Assembly (NCBI GenBank): GCA_963767715.1
Contig: CAVYFA010000001.1
Span: 67,517 to 131,516 of the forward strand
Direction of reading: 5' to 3'
Source: an uncultured Chloroflexia bacterium
GTDB taxonomy: Bacteria > Chloroflexota > Ktedonobacteria > Ktedonobacterales > Ktedonobacteraceae
Length of the DNA: 64,000 nt
Made by a program: the position numbers and the translations under genes. Each line of letters opens with the position of its first letter. The first letter of the stretch is position 1. Under the pieces are notes generated by a model that saw nothing but the letters and a program-made list of their open reading frames with translations, had not been told where the DNA came from and made no database searches. Of this stretch, positions 42,693 through 51,580 are shown in pieces.

Positions 42693-43861
42693 ATGTTAGG
42701 CCAAAAGATTATCTGCCCATTCTGCTTCGAATCATTTTCGGTCCAGGAAATACAATTTCGCTGCCTCAATCCCAGTTGCACTGGACGAGCGGTCGATCAG
42801 ATCTATGCCGAAGCGCGAAATGTCCCACCATTGCAGATGGGCCACGTAATCAGCGCAAAAAAGACCTCTTTCGGGGTGGCCCGTACGGTCGATTGTGATG
42901 TGTGCAAGAAGGAAGCGCGCACGCGCCTCTGTCCCAGGTGCCATTTTGAGCTTTCCCACGATGTAGGGCAGGTCGATCAAAAAATCATTGCGATTATCGG
43001 CGGCAGCAATACCGGTAAGAGCCACTACATCGCTTCGCTAATCACTCGTTTGCAGCATGTCGTTGGCGGGAACTTCAATTTCGCCGTCTCTATGCTCGGT
43101 GACGGCACAAGAGAACGCTGGCACAGGGATTTCTACACGCCCCTCTTTGAGAACAAGCGGGTGCTTCAGCCAACACAGCGCTCAACTGTCGATACCATTG
43201 TAAAGACCCCACTGATCTTCCGGCTGACATTCAAAGATGGCAACAACATACGAGCATTGAATATCAGCTTCTTCGATACTGCAGGTGAGGATATGTCCAA
43301 ACTACAGGTCGATGCCCTCTCAGTTGAAGCCCGTTATATCTGCAAAGCTGATGGGTTGATCGTTTTGCTCGACCCTCTCCAGATCGAAAGCGTTCGCCAA
43401 CAATTACCCAACATACAAAAGCCATAGCCAGACCCGATGGCACGCCCCGAATTTATCGTTGAGCGTCTACGCGAGCTGATGGAAGGCTATCATAATCTGT
43501 CCGGTTCGAAAAAAATTTCTATTCCGGTCGCTTTCACTTTCTCCAAAGTCGATACGCTCAGGAGCATTGTTGCTCCTGATTCGGCATTCTCCAGCACAGC
43601 ACGCACTATGGTGAGCTTGACCTCCCCGACGTACAATCGGTGAGTACCGAAATCGGTAACTACGTGCAAGCCTGGATTAATACCGGTTTCTACAATGAGA
43701 TCGATTATAAATTCGCCAACTATCGTTTCTTCGGCGTCTCTTCCCTGGGCAACCAACCTGATTCTTCTGGACAGGTCAAGGTCGAGCCGCTGCGCGTTGA
43801 GGACCCTTTCCTGTGGATACTGCATCAGTTTAAGATGGTCAAAGGGAAGAAAGGGAGGTAA
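42693..43861 (+). CDS. Double-zinc-ribbon-fused P-loop GTPase (~390 aa; frameshifts at ~43430 and ~43640)
   Basis: N-terminal 'CPFCFE...CLNPSCTG...CDVCKKE...CPRCHFE'. G1 'IIGGSNTGKSH', G3 'FFDTAGED', G4 'FTFSKVD', G5-like 'GVSSLG'. The C-terminal 'VEDPFLWIL' is shared with the 47122 paralogue. It starts 4 nt after the previous stop. Confidence 0.65.
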
Positions 43862-43863
43862 TT

Positions 43864-46800
43864 ATGGCGGTTTTCCAGCATTATTACACATCATACGTCA
43901 ATAGGGAGACAGGAAGCGCGGGATTTCAGGTCAAAGCGATGTCGCCCGGAATCGCCGCCGATACGCAATCGACCATTACACGCCTGATATCATATCGTAT
44001 TCCTTCCAGGCTTGACGAGTACGCTATCTCTACACATCCCGTGGCTTTGCGTTACTACTATCGAAATCCGCAAGAAGCGATTTTACTGTGCAGTCAATCC
44101 AATGGGACTGACGAAAATGGGCGTCCCGGCAATTTTTTTGCGCATAGCCTGGTAGTCGAGCCCGACTTTTTCGCCAGTATGCCGCCTATTTTATACTGGC
44201 GCAGCCCTTTCTGGCGTACAAAGGACCCAGGATCAAGCGCGGTGATAGAGCCGATAGAAAGCCTGGAAGAGATCGCAACAGCGCTTGATATCGAGGGGGT
44301 ATGGCATTTCCTCGCTCAAGGAAAACGCATCGAACAATTCCATAAGCTCATGAGCGCCGTCGTGCATTGCAACAGTACACAACGCCGCATTGTGATTATT
44401 GACAACGCAGATAACGTTGCGCAGTGGATCGCGGCGATCACGATCATGTTGCCGCCCGACTACCGGCCATTACTCAGTTTTGCCACCTATCATCATGATC
44501 CCTACCAGTCGCAATTTATGGTGACGGGCACGACCAGCGATTCTTCGTTCCGCGCTTCGCCTGAAGAGTATATGAGCTACTTCATACTGAACACACAGAA
44601 CGGCAAGATCAGTGATGTCGAAGCTTCGCCTTACGCCGATGAAGCTGTCAGAGCTGCTCGCTCTTATGAAATCTACGAGTCGAAACTGCTCTCTCTTATC
44701 ACAGATACCGTGCCGCGTTTCCAGCGTCCAACCCGCATTGATGAGCAACTCGATTCAATGGCGTTGTATGCAGGGATGCTCGAGCCAAACCACGCGTTCT
44801 CTTTAAACAGAGAAGAACTGGAAGCAATAAGTGTAGTCCTGACAACATTTGAACAGATGCGCGTTTTTACGCAAGAAGACCTGGACGAAGTGCGACAGAT
44901 AAGCTATCTGCTCCAGGAAACATCTTGGTCCCAGAGTGCTGAGGATATCGATGTCGAAAGCCGGCGTGTGGTCACTCTGCTCAGAAAACATAAAGCGCCA
45001 ACAGAACAGTCAGCGCTACGTGAGATAAAGTATATCACACAGCACCTTATCAACGATGTAGATATATCGTCATCACTCCAACGCCTGGAAAACATGCGCC
45101 AGATTTACGGCGAAGATCTATTGATCGATATTGTCAACAGTACTAACTACCTACAATGGCTGAACAAGCTTGCCGAAACAATCAATGCAGCACAACTGTC
45201 ACAAATCTGGAAATACCTGGCTGTTTATCTCAATCCAGGCCCCCACAGCCAACCTTTTACGATAGCCAGTTTAACAATCGTGGGGATACTCTGGAGTGAC
45301 AAACAGGCCCAGAAAGACGTAAGAAGGGCGATCGAGGCTATGGTACAGGCAATGGCTGGACAGGAAGCTGCCTGGCTGGAACTAATTGCGGCAAACTACA
45401 ATGTGCTGCCAGACGGGATACTCCTTCGTTACTACTGCTGGATGATGGTTGGCCGATTCCCTCTTGACAACCGCCTACCCTATCGAGAGATTGTGCAGCG
45501 TGTGATTCCCCACATCATTAAAAATGAGCTTGTCCACGAAATCTCTAAAGCCGGTGAAGCCAATAGTCTTGCGATACTGGAGGAATGGGTTGATCATGCC
45601 AGAAAGAATCACTTGGTATCGCTCACAGATTTGCTGATCGAAGGTATTAAACGTATCTTGAGGAATACCCCAGATGGAAAAGCGCCAGAGATGGCAGCGA
45701 AAATTTTAGTGAATGAAAGGTTGGCGCCACTGCCAACGGAATTGGAGAATGATCTTGTTTCTACAGCCATATCACAGGTTTCACTGAGCCATTACTCGCC
45801 CTTAGTGCTGGAGTTATGTAAGAAGTACAGAAACCGGCATGGCCTCTCATCCGATATTCGCGCCGTCATGGATGGGCTGATAGCCATGTCAAGCGGAGAG
45901 TTGGATGAGGAACTCGCGAAGCGCCTGCAAGACAGATTTGCTAGCATGCGACCAGAAGCGTACGAGGCGGATACAAAGAGCTTTGTAACTCGATTTCTCC
46001 AGGTTTGTACCACGGGTCGCTCTCATCAGCTCATGATAAATACCTTCTTCGATTGGGATTACCCTAAGACATTTTGGCAAGTCTACTGGCGTGCATTCAC
46101 GGGATTGCTAACCTATCCAGATACCTCAAGAGTGGATCAGGCGATGAAACTCTTGTCGTTCTGGTTCAGTGCTAGACCGGATGACTTTGAAAGCGCGTAT
46201 CTCTTACACAACTTTCTCATGGATTTACCTCAAAAACTTGAAGAGGTGCAGGAGACCCGCGGCTTCCAAGAGGCAGCACGATATATCAATTCTAGGGCCG
46301 AATCAGAGCGATGGTATCCTCTGGTGCAGGATTACTTTTCGGGTCGAACTAGTGCTTTGCAGACAGTAGGGCGAACCCTGGCTACGCATATCCAGAAACT
46401 CAGAGCAGAAGATAGTGAAAAGGCCGCCCGACAGGCAGAAAAAGAGCAGAGAGAACGCGCAGCCCTTGATGAGCGCATCTCAGCGATGTTTGATAAGAGG
46501 AAATCGAGCCAGTATCATCTTCGGATAGTTGGCGATGTCTATGAATGGCAACAGCGTGAGCTTTTCTGGTCAATTTATTGGAGCCATTTCAAATCTTTGT
46601 TCACCTCTGAGAATAATGCGCAGTGCATTCTTGATCTCTTCCACTTCTGGTTTGACGACTCGTTCTCAGTTCTGCCACAGAAAGGATATATTCCCCGGCA
46701 GTTCTTCCTCAAATTGCACGATGCTTTGATGGAGGCGCAGAAAGAGCGAGGTTTCCGTGAGCTCGCTCGCAACATCTTTAGAATAGGAAAGCAACAGGTG

Positions 46801-46878
46801 CAAGTCTACCCATGGTTTGTATTGATACAACCCTACCTTGAGGAACAGGAAAAGCGGTTTGGTATCTTCAGGCGATAA
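43864..46878 (+). CDS. Large (1004 aa) predominantly α-helical protein of unknown function; candidate GTPase-associated component
   Basis: GGAGG RBS. Uninterrupted ORF. N-terminal α/β-like region 'MAVFQHYYTSYVNRETGSAGFQVKAMSPGI' followed by ~800 aa of helical repeats. It lies between the two DZR-GTPase genes. Confidence 0.55.
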   Translation: MAVFQHYYTSYVNRETGSAGFQVKAMSPGIAADTQSTITRLISYRIPSRLDEYAISTHPVALRYYYRNPQEAILLCSQSNGTDENGRPGNFFAHSLVVEPDFFASMPPILYWRSPFWRTKDPGSSAVIEPIESLEEIATALDIEGVWHFLAQGKRIEQFHKLMSAVVHCNSTQRRIVIIDNADNVAQWIAAITIMLPPDYRPLLSFATYHHDPYQSQFMVTGTTSDSSFRASPEEYMSYFILNTQNGKISDVEASPYADEAVRAARSYEIYESKLLSLITDTVPRFQRPTRIDEQLDSMALYAGMLEPNHAFSLNREELEAISVVLTTFEQMRVFTQEDLDEVRQISYLLQETSWSQSAEDIDVESRRVVTLLRKHKAPTEQSALREIKYITQHLINDVDISSSLQRLENMRQIYGEDLLIDIVNSTNYLQWLNKLAETINAAQLSQIWKYLAVYLNPGPHSQPFTIASLTIVGILWSDKQAQKDVRRAIEAMVQAMAGQEAAWLELIAANYNVLPDGILLRYYCWMMVGRFPLDNRLPYREIVQRVIPHIIKNELVHEISKAGEANSLAILEEWVDHARKNHLVSLTDLLIEGIKRILRNTPDGKAPEMAAKILVNERLAPLPTELENDLVSTAISQVSLSHYSPLVLELCKKYRNRHGLSSDIRAVMDGLIAMSSGELDEELAKRLQDRFASMRPEAYEADTKSFVTRFLQVCTTGRSHQLMINTFFDWDYPKTFWQVYWRAFTGLLTYPDTSRVDQAMKLLSFWFSARPDDFESAYLLHNFLMDLPQKLEEVQETRGFQEAARYINSRAESERWYPLVQDYFSGRTSALQTVGRTLATHIQKLRAEDSEKAARQAEKEQRERAALDERISAMFDKRKSSQYHLRIVGDVYEWQQRELFWSIYWSHFKSLFTSENNAQCILDLFHFWFDDSFSVLPQKGYIPRQFFLKLHDALMEAQKERGFRELARNIFRIGKQQVQVYPWFVLIQPYLEEQEKRFGIFRR

Positions 46879-46906
46879 AAGTGTCGCAGAAAGGAAAGAG
46901 TTTACA

Positions 46907-47104
46907 ATGGACGATGGGTGCGTAGCAATCCTTGGCTTTATCGTGATTGCTGCTATTGCGATTGCTCTGATCGTGTATGTGGTTTTACCACTAAGTTTGT
47001 TCTTACTTGGTAGCGTTGTTGCCGCTGGAACGGTCTCTGGAGTAGGGGTAGCAGGGAAAAACTTTTACGAATTACTCGTAGAAGCTCACAAAACCATAAA
47101 GTAA
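46907..47104 (+). CDS. Small (65 aa) two-TM membrane protein
   Basis: AGGAAAGAG RBS. 'CVAILGFIVIAAIAIALIVYVVLPLSLFLLGSVVAAGTVSGVGVAG'. Confidence 0.4.
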   Translation: MDDGCVAILGFIVIAAIAIALIVYVVLPLSLFLLGSVVAAGTVSGVGVAGKNFYELLVEAHKTIK

Positions 47105-47121
47105 GTAGAAAGGGATGCCAT

Positions 47122-48654
47122 ATGGCTATTTTCGAACCCCAACCCGCATTTAAGATATACGCGTTTGAACGGGGCTGGCGCATAATGAAATATGTCACAG
47201 AGAACCTCTTCAAGCGCACCGATGTTGCTGCTCGCTGGTGGTTTACAAAGGCGGAAGATGCTAAGACGCGCAGTACAACTCAGGGAGCATTTGTAAAGTA
47301 CTGGATGTATGTATATATGGCAGGGCTGTATCTGGCTGGTGGTGCGCAGTACGTTTCCGCCATGATACTGGCTGCTCTATTTCTGCTAGTACAGTCAATC
47401 CTCCTCTCGCTCTGGGTTGTGTTCTCTATCATTACCATAGGCATCCTTTGGCTCTGTACATTTGCCTACTCGCGCCTCTATCGCATATTCTACCGCTGCC
47501 CTGACTGTCACAAGGAAATGAGCATCCCCACCTTCATTTGCCCGAACTGTAGCGAGAAGCATTCGCAATTGTGGCCCAGTATCTACGGCATCGTCTCACA
47601 TTGTTGCATCAAGTGCAATACCAGGCTCCCCACATTGCGCATAGATATTCCGGGGATGAAACTCAAGAAACGCGATAGCCTCGTTCGCATTTGCCCAAAT
47701 TGCTCCAGTCAGATCAACGCAGCCATTGGAACGGGGACAAATATTCATTTCCCAGTTGTAGGAGGACCTTCCACAGGTAAATCAAACTTCATCGTCATGG
47801 CCACGAAAGAATTTATCCAAACCTATGGCGATGAGCATCACTACTCGATCTCCTTCACTGATAGTAGGCACGAGCTAGATTTCAATGAGAATGTCAGGCG
47901 ACTCTCGACCGGACACGCGCTAGTCGCGACGACGGAGGTTGTGGCTCGGGCCTATAACCTGAAGATCCAATCTCCGAAAGCGCATGTGCCGAAGATTGCC
48001 TACATATACGATGCCGCAGGTGAGGCATACAACACCAGTGAGAACACCTCACAGCAAGAATATTACAAGTATATCGATGGGATAATCTTCGTGATTGATC
48101 CTTTCTCTATTCCGACTTACCGCAGCCAGCATGTCCAGGCAATTGAACACTATCAGAATCTGATCCGCCCAAGTTCGCTGGATGTAATGCAGGCATACGA
48201 GCGCATGTTCAATATGTTTGAAGATTTTGCAGGCTTGCGCAAGGGACGTCGCTTTACTCATCCGATCGCGGTCGTGGTGACAAAAGTCGATGCGCTCAAC
48301 CTGGAATTTGAGATTGGATCAATTGCCGCTCAGCAGACAATGAGTACCACTCCTTCTCTAGCATCTGAGGGCGATGCAATTAATTTGCTGGTACGCAACT
48401 TCCTGTGCCAGAACGACCTTGATCACTTCGTCCGCGATATCGAAATGCAATTCTCTAATGTGCGCTACTTCTCCTGTTCTGCACTTGGACGTATGCCGGT
48501 GCAAGAGGATAACCGCAGCTTCATGCCCGTGCGCGTCAGTGACCCGTTTATCTGGCTACTAGCACGCACTAAAGCTATCGACGCCATACCGAATACCGGA
48601 AGGGTAACGCGCGTCCTCGGCCCACAAGTCATGACTATGCGACAAGAGAACTAA
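47122..48654 (+). CDS. Membrane-anchored double-zinc-ribbon GTPase (paralogue of the 42693 gene), 510 aa, intact
   Basis: TM helices 'YLAGGAQYVSAMILAALFLLVQSILLSLWVVFSIITIGILWL'. 'CPDCHKE...CPNCSEKH...CCIKCNT...CPNCSSQ'. G1 'VVGGPSTGKSN', G3 'IYDAAGEA', G4 'VVTKVDA', G5 'CSALG'. C-terminal 'VSDPFIWLL'. Confidence 0.7.
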   Translation: MAIFEPQPAFKIYAFERGWRIMKYVTENLFKRTDVAARWWFTKAEDAKTRSTTQGAFVKYWMYVYMAGLYLAGGAQYVSAMILAALFLLVQSILLSLWVVFSIITIGILWLCTFAYSRLYRIFYRCPDCHKEMSIPTFICPNCSEKHSQLWPSIYGIVSHCCIKCNTRLPTLRIDIPGMKLKKRDSLVRICPNCSSQINAAIGTGTNIHFPVVGGPSTGKSNFIVMATKEFIQTYGDEHHYSISFTDSRHELDFNENVRRLSTGHALVATTEVVARAYNLKIQSPKAHVPKIAYIYDAAGEAYNTSENTSQQEYYKYIDGIIFVIDPFSIPTYRSQHVQAIEHYQNLIRPSSLDVMQAYERMFNMFEDFAGLRKGRRFTHPIAVVVTKVDALNLEFEIGSIAAQQTMSTTPSLASEGDAINLLVRNFLCQNDLDHFVRDIEMQFSNVRYFSCSALGRMPVQEDNRSFMPVRVSDPFIWLLARTKAIDAIPNTGRVTRVLGPQVMTMRQEN

Positions 48655-48663
48655 AGGCCGTTT

Positions 48664-48882
48664 GTGTTAATGAAGAAAGGAGAGAAGAGAGTGATGAGTG
48701 AACGCGATGCAATGAAGGCAACAGACAATTCAGGAGTACGATACAAGCAAAACGATGGAGCTAACCGCTCTGGAGCTAGACGCCGCGAGGGACTGGCTAA
48801 GGAGACAGATGCGTTCGAGGCGCGCAGGAAGAGCGCTGAAAATCTGAAGAAACGCAGCCGCCACGAAACCTTTAGGCAGTAA
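48664..48882 (+). CDS. Small highly charged hypothetical protein (72 aa)
   Basis: Composition resembles the 49137-49391 segment (R/E/K/A/N-rich). AGGAGAGAAG precedes the start. Weak call. Confidence 0.25.
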   Translation: MLMKKGEKRVMSERDAMKATDNSGVRYKQNDGANRSGARRREGLAKETDAFEARRKSAENLKKRSRHETFRQ

Positions 48883-49136
48883 GAGCGGGAAAAATATCTG
48901 ATCCAGCGAACGGGAAGTTTTCTTGCATTATAAAGAGGGCACAACTCAAGTGATGCAAGGCAACAACTAGCAGCACGAGGTCGACACCAGGCAATTAGAG
49001 AGGAGCGTGTGCAGAAGCCGGAGCGAGTATGAGAGGAACTGCTCAAGGGCAAGCAAAAGGGGAGAGGTTTATTTCGTTCCAACCGGAGCAAAGTTAGAGC
49101 TTGTGTTCAGTTGATAGGGATTGAGAGAAATGATGA

Positions 49137-49903
49137 TTGATTATGCATAATCGTGAAGGGGCAGAATTTACCGAGAGGCAATCTCAAAGTAAGGATAATG
49201 CATTTGAAAGACGTCACGCAGGCTTCAGGTCTAGTAGAGATGCAGGAGCTCAAAGTGACGCATATAACGCTAATGAGCGAGTTAAAACGGCATCAAGCAG
49301 ACTGGAAGATGGTAATCGGCATCGGGTTTTTAGATCGGAGGAGACTTCTACCAAAGCCCAGCAAGATAAAGTCATGAGTATTCTGACCTGAGTGGCCAGG
49401 AAACAGAGAGAAGACAATTTTCTACAATTGAAGGACGCACTGTTCGGTTATCCCAGGAGGAAATCAAAGCGGTCAAATCGGCACTGGCTACTGAGCAAAG
49501 TATAGACAAAAACCGGTTTCCGCCTGAAAAGACGGCTGCGGCTGTTGAAGGTGGACCCTGCACCCTTAGTGGATGGGAACATGGGAAAGAGGATTTTGTA
49601 CAGGCAATGGAAGATGTGAGAATACGCTCTCAGCAAATTGGGCACGAGCTGAGGCCCCACAAGCTATTCGATAGAGGAGTTCCTGGACGATTCAATGCAT
49701 CTCATGCAGAGAAGCAGATATCAGTCGTTGCTCCTGATAAACCAATTGCTGTCTCAAAGCCAATGTGCTCAGATTGCCAATCATATTTTCGAGCCACCGC
49801 ACGATACACAGAGAAATCGCAAGTCGTTGCTGATTCTCGTGTAGTGAGGATTTTTTATCCTGATGGTAGAGTTGTAGAGTTACCAAAAAGTACATTTGCA
49901 TAA
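49137..49903 (+). CDS. Candidate toxin: charged N-terminal region joined (frameshift ~49388) to a C-terminal deaminase-fold-like domain (HAE...PMCxxC)
   Basis: 'GRFNASHAEKQISVVAPDKPIAVSKPMCSDCQSYF' has the zinc-ligand spacing (H-x-E, then ~24 aa, then PC-xx-C) of the nucleic-acid/nucleotide deaminase superfamily. The reading frame is open from 49388 without an ATG and continues the 49137 ORF after a 1-nt shift. Confidence 0.35.
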
Positions 49904-49916
49904 TAGGAGCAAAATA

Positions 49917-50582
49917 ATGTCGCTTCCAACTGAATTGACCCAGGTCATCAAGAATGCGCAGGATGCTGTGGAGAAGCATCCATACCACGATTTAAATCTT
50001 GGTTATCGACAGGCTATCTGGGCCGCTCTTGGGCCTTCTCTAAAAACATCTCAAAGAGGTGGTAACAATGCCGGTTTAAAGAGGCGCGCCTTTTTAGCAA
50101 TACTAACAACGCGATATGTCTTGCCAATTTGGGAACGGGTCAGGCCAGAAGATCATATCCTACAAGACCTGCTTGCCGAAGCGGAGCAGGTTTTGACCGG
50201 CACTGTTGACAAGGAAACGGCCTGGAATGATAGAGACCGGTTTTGGGTATATTTTGTTGATATGGGGAACGAAGATGAAAAAAAACAAATCATTTCAGGC
50301 GTGGGTTTTGCTGCAGTTCATGCTCTTACTGTTGCGTTGCAGGATGAAAGTTTTGATCCTTCTAACATAAACTACAATCTCACGGATGCTGACATAGACC
50401 CGGACGAGATGGACTCCTCCTTCTTCGCTGCCTCTACCTATGCCAATGGTCCGGTTTCGGAACCAGATTCTGATGCTGAGAAACGACGAGATTTTTGGGA
50501 GTGGTGGTCAACCAGGCCGTTCCTGCTGCCTGGAATGCTGCTTCTTAAAGAGCGCATAGTAATGCTTGACTCAAGCGTATAG
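49917..50582 (+). CDS. Candidate immunity protein (acidic, helical, ~220 aa), overlapping the end of the deaminase-like gene
   Basis: AGGAG RBS inside the last codons of the upstream gene, with ATG at 49917. The operonic overlap is typical of toxin-immunity pairs. There is no recognisable catalytic motif. Confidence 0.4.
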   Translation: MSLPTELTQVIKNAQDAVEKHPYHDLNLGYRQAIWAALGPSLKTSQRGGNNAGLKRRAFLAILTTRYVLPIWERVRPEDHILQDLLAEAEQVLTGTVDKETAWNDRDRFWVYFVDMGNEDEKKQIISGVGFAAVHALTVALQDESFDPSNINYNLTDADIDPDEMDSSFFAASTYANGPVSEPDSDAEKRRDFWEWWSTRPFLLPGMLLLKERIVMLDSSV

Positions 50583-50605
50583 GCTGACTGATAGGAGAAC
50601 CGACA

Positions 50606-51534
50606 ATGCCATACATAAAATGTACTACTTGTAATTATAAAATCCAGCTTCCACAACCAAAACCGGTATGTCCTGCCTGCGGTAGGCCTTTCACCGTCCC
50701 AGGTTCGGGATCAACCGCGAAGCCTGTTCCTGTGCCAGCTCCAACCGGCTCCGCTATCCGCCTGTGCCGGTACCTCCACCAGTCCCCCCAATACCAACGC
50801 CGTCAGGTGCACCAGTCCCGCCGGTTCCAACATCAACTGTTTCGGCGCTTGGACCATTGCCACCCGGAATGCCATCTCGCGTACCGGATTTAGAGGGGGA
50901 GATAGCCCTTCCGCCTAAACGGGCCCCAACAAATTCCACTCGACTGGTCCCAAAAGATACTAAAAGGACTGTTCTTCCCTTTCTTCATGCGAGAGATGCA
51001 AAAACAGGTTCTCTCCCCAAACCCACCATGACGGTACATCAATGGCAAATCGAGCGCGCTGGCGATGGGGCCAGCCGCGAGGCTCGCATCGAAGGTGATC
51101 TTGTAGCGGGCCAGCCCAGCCTGCATCAGAAGGTTTCTCTGTGGGGACGTTATCGAGGGGGCCTGCTGATCGTGAAACAGGGCTACAATCATGACACGGC
51201 ACGAAATTCGCGTTCATCGCCCGGTAACGCTCTGGCTCTCACGAGCGGCTGTCGTGGCCTTGCCCCTCTTCATTCTGGCCGCTTTGCTTTTTTCCCGGCC
51301 TCATCCAGTCCGCGATCAGCACGATAGGAGGGCTGATTATCATCGGCATTATCTTTTACGTGGTGATGGGTTTCATCGCTCCCTGGATGCCCAAACGTAT
51401 CCTGAATTTCCTCGTTTTAGCGTTTCTACTCTATCTTGTGGCGGTTGTTTCTTCATGGCTTTGGCGGTACACAACCTCACTAACAGCGAGGAGACCTTAT
51501 GTTTTCTGGTTTTGACCCGAAGTGGATAGAAGAG
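50606..51534 (+). CDS. Zinc-ribbon / Pro-rich linker / C-terminal TM protein (~300 aa, three or more frameshifts)
   Basis: 'CTTCNYKIQLPQPKPVCPACG' ribbon. 'PVPPPVPPIPTPSGAPVPPVP' linker. TM helices 'LWLSRAAVVALPLFILAALLF' and 'GLIIIGIIFYVVMGFIAPW...LVLAFLLYLVAVVSSWLW' lie in alternating frames. Confidence 0.35.
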
Positions 51535-51580
51535 CTGCGGGGAAAAAATTGAAACACTGGAACATGCTTCTTTAGACAGC

